Positions 13,001-24,068 of a stretch of 64,000 nucleotides of DNA are shown here, in pieces. A model generated the notes under the pieces. It had not been told where the DNA came from, searched no databases, and saw only the letters and a program-made list of their open reading frames with translations. A program made the position numbers and the translations under genes. This stretch comes from Escherichia coli. Lineage in GTDB: Bacteria; Pseudomonadota; Gammaproteobacteria; Enterobacterales; Enterobacteriaceae. Location: assembly GCF_013122565.1 (NCBI RefSeq), contig NZ_CP053258.1, one strand, 5' to 3'. The number at the start of each line of letters is the position of its first letter. Position 1 is the stretch's first letter.

Positions 13001-13585
13001 TTATTGTTTTTGTACCCCAGCAGGCATGAACGGCCACTCAAGAAACTCAACAGCAACCGTTGATGTCAGCCAGACCCCGTTTTCCGCTTGCCAGAAAGGG
13101 AGGCCTCGTTTCGCCATTTCCTGTGCTTTGACGGTTAAAATAACCGGCGATCCGTGTCTTGCTCCCACTTTGCGTGCCGTTGCTTCATCAGCAGAGAGAT
13201 GTACGTAGTGACGCTCACCTGCAATCAGCCCCTGTTTTTTTATCTCGTCAAGGAAACGGCTTGCCGTACCGTGGTAGAGAAACTGTGGCGGTGTTTTTTC
13301 GGCAAAGGAAATAGCGACCTGCGAAGTCGAATGCCCCTGAACCGCGCGGATGCACCTACCATCACTGGAATAACTAAAACGCTTTTTATCGCTGGTGGCG
13401 ACCACGGTATCCAGCAATGCACGGGTTAACCGCTTGCCCGCTTTTTGGGCACAAAGTATGAGCTTATCGATATCCGCCCATCCTTCACGGTCCAGTACGA
13501 TACCTATCGCCTCCGGTTTGTGTCGGAGGACAAAACTTAAAAACTTGCTCGTATCCGCCAGCTCTTTTTCGTTGTACTTTGCCAT
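13001..13585 (-). CDS. kptA: RNA 2'-phosphotransferase (Tpt1/KptA family)
   Basis: ORF 13001..13687; likely start [25 protein letters not shown] at 13585; conserved VLRH and HGT motifs. Confidence 0.85.
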   Translation of the reverse strand: MAKYNEKELADTSKFLSFVLRHKPEAIGIVLDREGWADIDKLILCAQKAGKRLTRALLDTVVATSDKKRFSYSSDGRCIRAVQGHSTSQVAISFAEKTPPQFLYHGTASRFLDEIKKQGLIAGERHYVHLSADEATARKVGARHGSPVILTVKAQEMAKRGLPFWQAENGVWLTSTVAVEFLEWPFMPAGVQKQ

Positions 13586-13822
13586 CTCGTTTTCGACCCT
13601 GGATTTTCTGTTTTTATTTACTGATGTCATTGTCACTGGGTTTATGAATTTTCTGCAACTCAATCCTGCGCAGAACCTTTTCCACACAGCGTAATTTTTC
13701 CGCTATGCAAAAAACGCATAGCCAGAAACATACTTGCATTTTCCCCATACCCACATGGCTGATAAGGTTTTTCAGCTCCAGGAATTTTCCTGGCTCAAGC
13801 AACACACAAACACAAAAAAACA

Positions 13823-14518
13823 ATGGGGATTGTTATGACACAACAAGGGGATGCTGTAGCCGGGGAGCTGGCGACAGAAAAAGTAGGCATTAAAGGATAT
13901 CTGGCTTTTTTTCTTACCATAATCTTTTTTTCCGGTGTTTTTTCCGGAACAGACAGTTGGTGGCGCGTTTTTGATTTTTCCGTGCTGAACGGATCGTTTG
14001 GGCAGTTACCTGGTGCGAATGGAGCCACCACCTCATTTCGCGGGGCGGGTGGCGCGGGGGCTAAAGATGGCTTTCTCTTTGCGCTGGAGCTGGCACCGTC
14101 AGTCATTCTCTCTCTGGGGATTATTTCAATTACCGATGGTCTTGGTGGATTACGCGCCGCGCAGCAGTTAATGACGCCTGTGCTAAAACCGTTGTTGGGC
14201 ATTCCAGGGATCTGCTCGCTGGCGCTGATCGCTAACCTGCAAAACACTGATGCCGCCGCCGGTATGACCAAAGAGCTGGCGCAGGAAGGGGAAATTACCG
14301 AACGCGATAAAGTGATTTTCGCCGCATATCAAACCAGCGGTAGCGCCATTATCACCAACTACTTTTCTTCCGGCGTCGCGGTGTTTGCCTTTCTGGGCAC
14401 GTCCGTAATCGTACCTTTAGCCGTCATCCTGGTGTTTAAATTTGTCGGAGCCAACATTTTGCGCGTCTGGCTTAACTTCGAAGAACGTCGCAACCCAACG
14501 CAAGGAGCACAAGCATGA
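13823..14518 (+). CDS. yjiH: inner membrane protein YjiH (nucleoside-recognition-domain family)
   Basis: 231-aa hydrophobic ORF; 4-nt overlap with yjiG; synteny kptA-yjiH-yjiG-iadA. Confidence 0.7.
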   Translation: MGIVMTQQGDAVAGELATEKVGIKGYLAFFLTIIFFSGVFSGTDSWWRVFDFSVLNGSFGQLPGANGATTSFRGAGGAGAKDGFLFALELAPSVILSLGIISITDGLGGLRAAQQLMTPVLKPLLGIPGICSLALIANLQNTDAAAGMTKELAQEGEITERDKVIFAAYQTSGSAIITNYFSSGVAVFAFLGTSVIVPLAVILVFKFVGANILRVWLNFEERRNPTQGAQA

Positions 14519-14976
14519 CAACTCAGGTCCGCAAAAACGTCATGGATATGTTTATCGATGGCGCGCGCCGTGGCTTTACTATCGCCACGACCAACCTGCT
14601 GCCAAACGTGGTGATGGCGTTTGTCATCATTCAGGCGCTGAAAATTACCGGCCTGCTCGACTGGGTGGGGCATATCTGTGAACCCGTAATGGCGCTGTGG
14701 GGATTACCCGGTGAAGCGGCAACCGTCCTTTTAGCCGCATTGATGAGTATGGGCGGCGCAGTCGGTGTTGCCGCCAGTCTGGCAACCGCTGGCGCATTAA
14801 CCGGTCACGATGTCACCGTTTTACTGCCCGCGATGTATTTAATGGGCAACCCGGTGCAAAATGTCGGTCGCTGCCTGGGGACAGCCGAAGTGAATGCCAA
14901 ATATTACCCGCACATCATTGCCGTCGGGGTGATTAACGCATTGCTGTCGATCTGGGTTATGCAGATTATTGTTTAA
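14515..14976 (+). CDS. yjiG: inner membrane protein YjiG
   Basis: 153-aa hydrophobic ORF overlapping yjiH stop (ATGA). Confidence 0.7.
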   Translation: MTTQVRKNVMDMFIDGARRGFTIATTNLLPNVVMAFVIIQALKITGLLDWVGHICEPVMALWGLPGEAATVLLAALMSMGGAVGVAASLATAGALTGHDVTVLLPAMYLMGNPVQNVGRCLGTAEVNAKYYPHIIAVGVINALLSIWVMQIIV

Positions 14977-14988
14977 CAAGGAGTTACC

Positions 14989-16161
14989 ATGATTGATTAT
15001 ACCGCAGCCGGTTTTACCCTGCTGCAGGGAGCGCATTTGTATGCGCCGGAAGATCGGGGAATTTGCGATGTCCTCGTCGCTAACGGCAAAATTATCGCCG
15101 TTGCCAGTAATATCCCTTCTGACATTGTACCGGACTGCACGGTTGTCGATCTCAGCGGGCAGATCCTCTGCCCAGGTTTTATTGATCAACACGTCCATTT
15201 GATTGGCGGTGGCGGCGAAGCAGGTCCCACGACGCGCACGCCGGAAGTGGCGCTAAGTCGCCTGACGGAAGCGGGCGTCACGTCAGTGGTTGGTCTGCTG
15301 GGCACCGACTCTATCTCTCGCCACCCGGAATCCCTGCTCGCCAAGACCCGTGCGCTCAATGAAGAAGGCATCAGCGCCTGGATGCTGACCGGCGCTTATC
15401 ATGTCCCTTCCCGCACTATTACGGGTTCCGTGGAAAAAGACGTGGCGATTATCGATCGCGTGATTGGTGTGAAATGCGCCATCTCCGATCACCGTTCTGC
15501 CGCACCGGACGTATATCACCTGGCTAATATGGCGGCAGAATCCCGCGTTGGCGGTTTGCTCGGCGGTAAACCTGGCGTCACCGTGTTCCACATGGGCGAC
15601 AGTAAAAAGGCGTTACAGCCTATTTATGACCTGCTGGAAAACTGCGATGTGCCGATCAGCAAGTTGCTGCCGACCCACGTTAACCGCAACGTACCGTTGT
15701 TTGAGCAGGCGCTGGAGTTCGCGCGCAAAGGCGGCACCATCGACATCACCAGCAGCATTGACGAACCGGTCGCTCCTGCCGAAGGTATTGCCCGCGCCGT
15801 TCAGGCGGGTATTCCGCTGGCACGCGTCACCCTCAGCTCCGACGGCAACGGTAGCCAGCCGTTCTTCGATGACGAAGGGAATTTAACCCATATCGGCGTT
15901 GCAGGTTTTGAAACGTTGCTGGAAACCGTGCAGGTGCTGGTCAAAGACTATGATTTCAGTATCAGCGATGCCCTGCGCCCGCTCACCAGTAGCGTAGCCG
16001 GTTTCCTTAACCTGAGCGGGAAAGGCGAAATTCTGCCAGGCAATGACGCAGACTTACTGGTCATGACGCCAGAATTGCGCATTGAGCAGGTATACGCTCG
16101 CGGCAAACTGATGGTCAAAGACGGCAAAGCCTGCGTGAAAGGAACGTTTGAAACGGTATAA
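14989..16161 (+). CDS. iadA: isoaspartyl dipeptidase (amidohydrolase superfamily)
   Basis: 390 aa; metal-binding HxH (IDQHVHLIGGGGE) typical of the amidohydrolase fold; matches IadA. Confidence 0.85.
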   Translation: MIDYTAAGFTLLQGAHLYAPEDRGICDVLVANGKIIAVASNIPSDIVPDCTVVDLSGQILCPGFIDQHVHLIGGGGEAGPTTRTPEVALSRLTEAGVTSVVGLLGTDSISRHPESLLAKTRALNEEGISAWMLTGAYHVPSRTITGSVEKDVAIIDRVIGVKCAISDHRSAAPDVYHLANMAAESRVGGLLGGKPGVTVFHMGDSKKALQPIYDLLENCDVPISKLLPTHVNRNVPLFEQALEFARKGGTIDITSSIDEPVAPAEGIARAVQAGIPLARVTLSSDGNGSQPFFDDEGNLTHIGVAGFETLLETVQVLVKDYDFSISDALRPLTSSVAGFLNLSGKGEILPGNDADLLVMTPELRIEQVYARGKLMVKDGKACVKGTFETV

Positions 16162-16165
16162 ACGG

Positions 16166-16212
16166 TTGTCAGCCGCCCGAATGGACGTAGAATGCCCGCA
16201 AGGGCGGCTGAC
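16166..16212 (+). terminator. stem-loop after iadA (12-bp stem tgtcagccgccc / gggcggctgaca, 23-nt loop)
   Basis: Inverted repeat seen directly 5 nt after the iadA stop; no clear U-tract, so may be a structural or processing element rather than an intrinsic terminator. Confidence 0.4.
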
Positions 16213-16225
16213 AGAGTAAAACGTA

Positions 16226-17137
16226 ATGGATGACTGTGGTGCGGTTTTGCATAATATTGAAACCAAATGGCTTTATGATTTTCTGACCCTGGGAAAATGC
16301 CGCAATTTTTCCCAGGCGGCAGTCAGTCGCAACGTCTCGCAACCGGCATTCAGCCGCCGCATCCGTGCACTGGAACAGGCGATTGGCGTTGAATTGTTTA
16401 ACCGCCAGGTGACGCCGCTGCAACTCTCGGAACAAGGGAAAATCTTCCATTCGCAGATCCGCCATCTGTTGCAACAGTTAGAAAGCAACCTTGCAGAGCT
16501 GCGTGGCGGCAGCGATTACGCGCAACGTAAAATCAAGATAGCCGCTGCACACTCTCTTTCCCTCGGTCTGTTACCGTCCATTATCAGCCAGATGCCGCCA
16601 CTCTTTACCTGGGCAATTGAAGCTATTGATGTTGATGAAGCGGTCGATAAACTGCGTGAAGGGCAAAGTGACTGTATTTTTTCCTTTCACGACGAAGATT
16701 TGCTGGAAGCGCCGTTTGACCACATTCGCTTATTTGAATCTCAATTGTTCCCCGTTTGCGCCAGTGACGAACACGGAGAAGCACTTTTTAACCTCGCGCA
16801 GCCACACTTTCCGTTACTGAATTACAGCCGCAACTCCTACATGGGGCGATTGATTAATCGCACCCTGACGCGCCACAGCGAGTTAAGTTTCAGCACCTTT
16901 TTTGTCTCTTCGATGAGCGAGCTATTAAAGCAGGTTGCCCTCGACGGCTGTGGGATTGCCTGGCTGCCGGAGTACGCCATCCAACAAGAAATTCGCAGCG
17001 GGCAGCTCGTTGTTCTGAATCGGGACGAACTGGTGATCCCGATTCAGGCCTACGCATACAGGATGAACACCCGTATGAATCCCGTTGCCGAACGCTTCTG
17101 GCGTGAACTGCGCGAGCTGGAGATTGTACTTAGCTGA
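16226..17137 (+). CDS. hypT: LysR-family transcriptional regulator, hypochlorite-responsive
   Basis: 303 aa; N-terminal LysR HTH ([31 protein letters not shown]); matches HypT/YjiE. Confidence 0.85.
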   Translation: MDDCGAVLHNIETKWLYDFLTLGKCRNFSQAAVSRNVSQPAFSRRIRALEQAIGVELFNRQVTPLQLSEQGKIFHSQIRHLLQQLESNLAELRGGSDYAQRKIKIAAAHSLSLGLLPSIISQMPPLFTWAIEAIDVDEAVDKLREGQSDCIFSFHDEDLLEAPFDHIRLFESQLFPVCASDEHGEALFNLAQPHFPLLNYSRNSYMGRLINRTLTRHSELSFSTFFVSSMSELLKQVALDGCGIAWLPEYAIQQEIRSGQLVVLNRDELVIPIQAYAYRMNTRMNPVAERFWRELRELEIVLS

Positions 17138-17522
17138 CATTCTCCAGCGTCGCACTACACCAACCGCCATTATCCCAGACCAGATCAAACGTTAGCGGTT
17201 CATCGTCGTGGTACAGCATTATCTCAAGGCTGATCGCCAGCGTGTGGCTGTACGCTTCTTTCAGATTAACCTGCAACGCCGCAATCCGTGGCTCATGAAA
17301 TAACAGTGCAGAACGCAGCTGACGGCAATACCAGCTCTGGAGATGTTTGTCGCTCTGGTTATGCAGTTGCCACTCGGGCATGCCTGAAACAAGTAATGAC
17401 GGTAATGCCGAATGAGGAGAATTAAAAAGAGTGAGGAGATCGCTGCATACCGATTTACGCAGCGATGACGTTTTATTGCCTGAAATTTCAGGTAAAACAG
17501 CCTGAAGTGATTGGCGCATCAT
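17130..17522 (-). CDS. iraD: anti-adapter protein IraD (inhibitor of RssB-mediated RpoS degradation)
   Basis: ORF 17130..17531; start [15 protein letters not shown] at 17522 gives 130 aa; convergent with hypT, 8-nt overlap. Confidence 0.8.
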   Translation of the reverse strand: MMRQSLQAVLPEISGNKTSSLRKSVCSDLLTLFNSPHSALPSLLVSGMPEWQLHNQSDKHLQSWYCRQLRSALLFHEPRIAALQVNLKEAYSHTLAISLEIMLYHDDEPLTFDLVWDNGGWCSATLENVS

Positions 17523-18193
17523 TTTGCGCACTCCTGACGTTTAGCAACATATGCGGCTTGCCCTGAACACCGGGCACCACTGTATTGATGCTCATTTTCC
17601 ATAGCCATTCCCTTTTGTTCATTACATCCATGTCAGTCTGAGACAGGCCTGAATCCTGTCAGCAAAGTATAAAACCTTACTTGCCTATGAATATCTACTG
17701 ACTTTTCAGGAAAAAAGTCATGATTTGATAAAAATCATCAAACTCAAAAAAAAACCGCTAGTATATTCTGAATATTCCGAATAGTTACGTAGATGAAAAT
17801 ACTTGTCACCGCTGCTACTTAATTCCGGTGGGAAATTATTTATTTCCGCATAATCATCCATGTATTATTTGAAACAATTAGTTTGTAAATAATATAAATT
17901 GATAACATATCAAATACATCAAAAATACCATTTACAGGCATTATTAATATAGACCTCAATATAGCAACATCAAATTCCAATTAGTAATAAGATATGCTTT
18001 TAAATTGCATGTAAATAATTTTAAATGAGCGTTTTTTGATACTTTAGAGTGTTTCCTACCCTTTAATATCACCGTGTAGAGTTGATATCACTACAACAGA
18101 AACATGCATGTCATTTTTTTACTTCTTTTTTACTACAGAAAAATTTATCTATTTTTCTAAACATCAGTGAAATACTCATAAAAGGTAACTATT

Positions 18194-19024
18194 ATGTCTA
18201 TGCCATTAAGCAATGTCCTTCAGAGTCAAATTATTACAGATAATCACTTCCTTCATCACCCAAAAGTCGACAATGAGTTAACACGTAAATATGAACGTGC
18301 ACGCCTGGATACGGAAAATATCTATCTTCTGCCTCTTGCTCGTGGCAATAACCATAATTACGATGGAAAAAGCGTTGTCGAAATTAGAAAACTTGATATT
18401 AGTAAAGAGTCCTGGCCATTTAATTATGTGACAGAAGCATGCAGAGAATCCGATGGTATTACAACAACAGGACGTATGCTCTATCGAAACTTGAAAATCA
18501 CCTCAGCTTTAGACGAAATATATGGTGGTATATGTAAAAAGGCGCATGCTGCTACAGAATTAGCAGAAGGTTTACGGCTAAATTTATTTATGAAGAGCCC
18601 TTTCGATCCTGTTGAGGACTATACAGTTCATGAAATAACATTAGGCCCTGGTTGCAATGTTCCTGGTTATGCCGGAACCACGATAGGATATATTTCAACC
18701 CTTCCAGCTTCTCAGGCAAAAAGATGGACCAATGAGCAGCCAAGAATTGATATCTATATTGATCAGATAATAACTGTCTCAGGGGTAGCAAATTCTTCCG
18801 GATTCGCCCTTGCCGCATTACTTAATGCTAATATTGAGATGGGAAATGACCCAATCATTGGTATAGAAGCCTATCCCGGTACCGCGGAGATCCATGCAAA
18901 AATGGGATATAAAGTTATCCCCGGTGATGAAGATGCGCCACTCAAACGCATGACTCTGCAACCGTCATCTCTTCCAGAACTGTTTGAATTAAAAAATGGT
19001 GAATGGAATTATATTGGTAAATAA
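18194..19024 (+). CDS. yjiC: uncharacterized protein YjiC
   Basis: 276-aa ORF after about 660 bp of very AT-rich intergenic DNA shared divergently with iraD. Confidence 0.7.
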   Translation: MSMPLSNVLQSQIITDNHFLHHPKVDNELTRKYERARLDTENIYLLPLARGNNHNYDGKSVVEIRKLDISKESWPFNYVTEACRESDGITTTGRMLYRNLKITSALDEIYGGICKKAHAATELAEGLRLNLFMKSPFDPVEDYTVHEITLGPGCNVPGYAGTTIGYISTLPASQAKRWTNEQPRIDIYIDQIITVSGVANSSGFALAALLNANIEMGNDPIIGIEAYPGTAEIHAKMGYKVIPGDEDAPLKRMTLQPSSLPELFELKNGEWNYIGK

Positions 19025-19124
19025 CTACCAGGAACAATGAGTACTAATATTCAGGTTATACAGATATTTAAACAATACCCTGCAATTTACAAAATAATAC
19101 TCATTGCGACTTCTTAATTTAAGA

Positions 19125-19153
19125 AAGCGCAAGGAACGTTTACCCTTGCGCTT
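19125..19153. terminator. bidirectional stem-loop between convergent yjiC and uxuR
   Basis: aagcgcaagg / ccttgcgctt perfect 10-bp inverted repeat with 9-nt loop, followed by attataata. Confidence 0.5.
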
Positions 19154-19164
19154 ATTATAATAAG

Positions 19165-19938
19165 TCAGGCGTCGACTTTATCCAGCGGCCATGAATCAAA
19201 CAGATAGCCGTCAAAATAAATATCGTCAACGTTCGAGAATTCCAGCAGACGTTGCTTAACGTTTTCCAGATGCTGCCACATTGCCAGCTTCGCCGCTCGG
19301 GCATCTTTTTTGATTAACGCGGCGAGGATCTGTTTGTGATCGCCCAACCACTCTTTGCGATACAGGCTGTCATCCAGATGGCTGTGCAACTGGATCCACA
19401 TTGGATTGTTTTCCCGCCACTGCCAGGACTGACGGAATAACTCCACCAGCATGCTGTTATGCGTTGCTTCAGCAATGGCGAGATGGAACTGCATGTCACC
19501 GCTTTCGCTGCTACCCGGCGCGCTGGAAGCCAGTTCACGCTCTTCCAGTTGCAATGCCTGACGCATTTTGACGATATCTTCGCGGGTAGCCTGCAGGGCG
19601 GCAAACTCGGCGATGTTACTTTCCAGTAACTGACGCGCCTGTAACAGCTCAAAAGGACCCGCATCATTGCAGACGTTGGCATCCGGACTGTCTGTGTTGT
19701 GGCTGCCTGAGCTATCAAGAACATAGATACCGGCACCCCGGCGCACTTCCACCAGCCCTTTGATCTCCAGCATGATCAGCGCTTCACGTACCACCGTCCG
19801 CGTGACATCAAGCATTTCTGCAATTTCACGCTCCGGCGGCAGCCGTTCGCCAGGATTGTACGGCGTCTTTATGATCAGATCGCGGATCATCGCCCCGACT
19901 TCCTGGTAAGGTCTTTGCGCAGAGGTGGCAGATTTCAT
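19165..19938 (-). CDS. uxuR: GntR/FadR-family repressor of the uxu regulon
   Basis: 257 aa; HTH region ERLPPEREIAEMLDVTRTVVREALIMLEIKGLV; matches UxuR. Confidence 0.9.
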   Translation of the reverse strand: MKSATSAQRPYQEVGAMIRDLIIKTPYNPGERLPPEREIAEMLDVTRTVVREALIMLEIKGLVEVRRGAGIYVLDSSGSHNTDSPDANVCNDAGPFELLQARQLLESNIAEFAALQATREDIVKMRQALQLEERELASSAPGSSESGDMQFHLAIAEATHNSMLVELFRQSWQWRENNPMWIQLHSHLDDSLYRKEWLGDHKQILAALIKKDARAAKLAMWQHLENVKQRLLEFSNVDDIYFDGYLFDSWPLDKVDA

Positions 19939-19975
19939 GGTGTTGTGTCCGTTAGGTGCGGTTAATCAAATTTTT

Positions 19976-20009
19976 GCCGGATGCGGCGTGAACGCCTTAT
20001 CCGGCCTAC
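19976..20009. repeat. REP element
   Basis: gccggatgcggcgtgaacgccttatccggcctac matches the E. coli REP consensus; sits between uxuB and uxuR. Confidence 0.85.
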
Positions 20010-20152
20010 AACGGGCAATTTTACGGCCCCCGTTAATCTCAAACTATACCATTAGCACTGGAAGTTGGCACGTACAGGTGGGCAAAAAAACGAAAACTGG
20101 TCAACCAAATATCAGTTTGATTGACCAGTAAGTCTGTAGGGTAATCAGTTAG

Positions 20153-21613
20153 TTACAGCGCAGCCACACACTCGCGCGCACCGCGTTCGCACAGCTGCTG
20201 ATATGCCGCCGTCACCGCGCCAACAAAGTCGGCATTTTGCGGCAGATCATCGGCAAAAATACCGCTCAGGCCCAGCAGCGCTTTCACGCGGTCTGCGCCC
20301 TGATACTGCGCGTTAATCTTCTGGAACTCGGCCAGCATCGGGTCGACCACGTCAATGGCATTACCCTGCTCATCCACGCCCTGGGTGTAACGCATCCAGC
20401 CAGCCACGCCCAGCGCCAGGTGACGCCAGCTGCCGCCGTTTTGCAGGTGCAGACGCACCGGATCCAACAGACGCTGCGGTAACTTCTGGCTGCCGTCCAT
20501 CGCAATCTGCCAGGTACGGTGACGCAGAGACGGGTTGCTGAAACGCTCGATCAGCAGCGTCGCATAGGCGTTCAGGTCCGTACCTTCCGGCATCGACAGC
20601 GTTGGCGCTTGTTCCTGCATCATCAGGGCAAAGGCCGCTTTGCGATAATCCGGGTTAGTCATGGTGTCGGCAATGGTTTCATAGCCGCCGAGGTAACCGA
20701 GGTATGCCAGGAAAGAGTGGCTGCCGTTCAGCATACGCAGCTTCATCATTTCGAACGGCACAACGTCTGCAACGAACTGTGCGCCCACTTTATCCCAGTC
20801 CGGACGACCATTAACGAAGTTATCTTCAATCACCCACTGACGGAACGGTTCGCAGGCAATGGCGCACGGGTCGTAAACACCCAGCTGGTCAGCAATTTCC
20901 TGTAAGGTTTCTGGCGTCGCCGCCGGAACGATGCGGTCAACCATGGTGCACGGGAAGGTGACGTTCTCTTCAATCCATGCCGCCAGCTGCGGATCGCGTG
21001 CCTGAGCCAGCCCCAGAACCGCGACCTTTGCCACATGACCGTTTTCGCGTACGTTGTCGCAAGACATCACCGTAAACGCTTTCAACCCTTTTTCACGACG
21101 CAGGCGCAAGGCTTCGACGATGTAACCAATTGCAGACTTCGGCGCAGTCGGGTTTTCCAGATCGTGCTTGATCAGCGGGTTATTGAGATCCAGCTGACCG
21201 CTTGCCGCATCAGCGCAGTAGCCTTTTTCCGTGACCGTCAGGGAGACAATCGCCGTTTGCGGACGCGCCATCGCGTTGAGAATACCTTCGCAGCCGTCGA
21301 TTTCCGGATGCAGCGCTTCTTTCATCGAACCGATAATTTTCAGCTCGGTGCTTTCTGCGCCTTTTTCCGCTACGGTGTACAGCAGTTGCTGTTTTTTCAG
21401 GTTTTCGATCAGCACGCGGTCGTTGCCTGGCATCAGGTTAACTTCGCAGATGCCCCAGTCGCTGTCGGTGCTTTCCAGCAGATGATGGGTATACAGCGCC
21501 TGGTGCGCGCGGTGAAACGCCCCGCAACCGAGATGCACAATGCGTGATTCCAGACGAGAATGATCCCATGACGGGCGGGCAACCGGCAGATTGCTGTCAA
21601 CAATAGTAGTCAT
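20153..21613 (-). CDS. uxuB: D-mannonate oxidoreductase (fructuronate reductase)
   Basis: 486 aa; N-terminal Rossmann motif IVHLGCGAFHRAHQ; matches UxuB. Confidence 0.9.
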   Translation of the reverse strand: MTTIVDSNLPVARPSWDHSRLESRIVHLGCGAFHRAHQALYTHHLLESTDSDWGICEVNLMPGNDRVLIENLKKQQLLYTVAEKGAESTELKIIGSMKEALHPEIDGCEGILNAMARPQTAIVSLTVTEKGYCADAASGQLDLNNPLIKHDLENPTAPKSAIGYIVEALRLRREKGLKAFTVMSCDNVRENGHVAKVAVLGLAQARDPQLAAWIEENVTFPCTMVDRIVPAATPETLQEIADQLGVYDPCAIACEPFRQWVIEDNFVNGRPDWDKVGAQFVADVVPFEMMKLRMLNGSHSFLAYLGYLGGYETIADTMTNPDYRKAAFALMMQEQAPTLSMPEGTDLNAYATLLIERFSNPSLRHRTWQIAMDGSQKLPQRLLDPVRLHLQNGGSWRHLALGVAGWMRYTQGVDEQGNAIDVVDPMLAEFQKINAQYQGADRVKALLGLSGIFADDLPQNADFVGAVTAAYQQLCERGARECVAAL

Positions 21614-21693
21614 CGTAAACTCCAGAATCCGTCTTCAGAGAGTGACGGCAAGGAAGAAGGAACCGGCACGGCGCGCAGCCATGCCGGTGGATA

Positions 21694-22878
21694 TTAACGG
21701 CTAAAGAAAGCGCGCTGGATCGCCAGTTCGACACCGCGAACTTCGGCCAGGCCTTTCAGACGACCAATTGCGGAGTAACCTGGGTTGGTTTTCTTCTTCA
21801 GGTCGTCCAGCATCTGATGACCGTGGTCCGGACGCATCGGGATCAGGTCTTCTTTGCCTTCCGCTTTACGACGGTGTTCTTCTTCAACAATCGCTTTCAC
21901 CACTTCGTACATATCAACGTCACCGTTCAGGTGCGCCGCTTCGTGGAAGGTTTTCGGGTTATCTTCACGCATGGTGGAGCGCAGATGGGTGAAGTAAATA
22001 CGCGGACCGAACTGCTTGATCATATCAACCAGATCGTTGTCAGCACGCACGCCGTAGGAACCGGTGCACATGGTGAAACCGTTCGCCATGCTGTTTACGG
22101 TATCAACCATCCACTGCATATCTTCAATGGTGGAAACAATGCGCGGCAGGCCAAGGATCGGGCGCGGCGGATCGTCCGGGTGAACCGCCATACGGACGCC
22201 AACTTCTTCAGCAACTGGAATAATCGCTTTCAGGAAGACGGCAAAGTTTTCGCGCAGCTTCGCTTTATCGATATCTTTGTACAGCTCCAGGTGCTTACGG
22301 AACTGGTCGAGGGTATACCCTTCTTCCGCGCCCGGCAGACCGGCAATGATGTTACGCGTCAGACGCGCTTTGTCTTCGTCGCTCATAGTGGCGAAGCGTT
22401 CAGCTGCCTGAGCAATTTCTTCTTCGGTGTAATCCGCTTCCGCGCCTGGACGTTTCAGGATATGCATTTCGAATGCAGCGAATTCGATCTGGTCGAAGCG
22501 CAGAGCTTTGGAGCCGTCTGGCAGCACGTATTCGAGGTCAGTACGGGTCCAGTCGAGCACCGGCATGAAGTTGTAGCACACGGTGCGAATGCCGCACTGC
22601 GCCAGGTTGCGCAGAGTCTGCTGATAGTTAGCGATCCACTGCTCATAGTTGCCAGTGTGGGTTTTGATATCTTCGTGAATTGGTACGCTTTCTACGACAG
22701 ACCACACCAGGCCTGCGTCTTCAACGATCGCCTTGCGTTTGAGGATCTCTTCTACGGACCATACTTCGCCGTTCGGGATATGGTGCAGCGCGGTAACCAC
22801 GCCAGTTGCGCCCGCCTGACGGACATCAGCTAAAGAAACCGGATCGTTTGGGCCGTACCAGCGCCAGGTCTGTTCCAT
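21694..22878 (-). CDS. uxuA: D-mannonate dehydratase
   Basis: ORF 21694..22914; start [14 protein letters not shown] at 22878 with GAGG SD; 394 aa. Confidence 0.9.
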
Positions 22879-24026
22879 GATTTTTCCTCTTTCACATAGT
22901 GGGTTCCACAGCAAAGAGACGCGGAACCCTGGAGTTGTTTAGGTATCCGGATGAACAACCAGACCGCAGCCGTGGCGTTGCATCGGATGAGATGGCGTAT
23001 AAGTTCTACCTTTTGGTAAGACATGTCAACCCGAATTCTAAAATTGGTTAACCACATCACAAGAATTTCACTCTCATGGTTGTTGATGCAAATTGCAGCA
23101 AAGGGTAATCGATGGTTATTGATCAGAGGATGTGACATTCATAGCAACAATGGTTGACCAATTTACATAACATGTCGCCCAAAATAACAATGGATTAACC
23201 TGGAGAGATAAAACGTTATTAGTTTCTCGCAGACTACGGTGGTGATTGCGCTCATGCTGTTCTACACCTCGCGGTCACGATTGGTGAGATCGTGACCGAA
23301 ACATCGCAAGAAGATTTTTACACACCAGTGTCTGATTATTTAACGACGGCCGCCCGGCGGGGTTATACGCAAGTAGTGGTGAAACCCTACTCAACCACGG
23401 CGTCGAGGTGACCAGCGTTCTGAAGCTGCCCAAAATACAATCCTCTTGCAGAGACTATCCTCTGATCGCCTATTTAAAAATGAATGTTGAACAATTAGGA
23501 AAAGGAAATGTGATTTATTACAATAACTACGGTGACTATTCTAATAATATGACTTGTGAATAAAACTAAATGATCAATGGCAATTTACTACAGATAAAAT
23601 GCCTGACGAGATTCAATCATTATATGTTTAACTTGCCAGACATTTATTTTATAATAAAGAAAAATGCACATTCGTCGATTAATATTCAACGCGTAGACGT
23701 CATATCAGATATGCTATTTAAAAGGAATTAACTCTAATGGCACACAGTATAAAGCAATGTTTCCATGCGGTTGGAAAAGGTACTCTTTATACCGGACAGA
23801 TAAAAAACATGTCTAACAACAGGCTTTTTCGTGCCAGCTATATTTGTCCAGTGTGTCACCCCATCCAAAAATTATCCACATCCTGACGTTACGTTAGATA
23901 TAGAGAAAAGAGGTTGTACTGTGCAATATGCAAACCGCATAAGCGAATATAATTTCTAAGTTGATATTGTCTGGCTGTTGGGAGCTAAGCAATATAAATA
24001 TCACCAGTTGTCAGAACGGTTATATA

Positions 24027-24052
24027 GACCAGGAGCGTTTCGGCTCCTGGTC
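24027..24052 (-). terminator. stem-loop immediately downstream of the UvrD-like helicase gene (end of the DISARM-like operon)
   Basis: gaccaggagc / gctcctggtc perfect 10-bp inverted repeat with 6-nt loop, 17 nt beyond the stop codon. Confidence 0.5.
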
Positions 24053-24068
24053 TGTTTCGGACATATTA

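Noticed and set aside
13795-14271. 158-aa minus-strand ORF
   Set aside because: Overlaps the yjiH coding region on the opposite strand; yjiH is supported by synteny and hydrophobicity
17532-18193. Very AT-rich 660-bp stretch that might hide a small RNA or IS remnant
   Set aside because: No inverted terminal repeats or transposase ORF; best explained as the divergent regulatory region of iraD and yjiC
21817-22833. 338-aa plus-strand ORF
   Set aside because: Lies entirely antisense within uxuA; low-complexity R/F/V-rich translation typical of a shadow ORF
22830-23138. 102-aa minus-strand ORF upstream of uxuA
   Set aside because: Overlaps the uxuA start region and promoter; no SD; likely spurious
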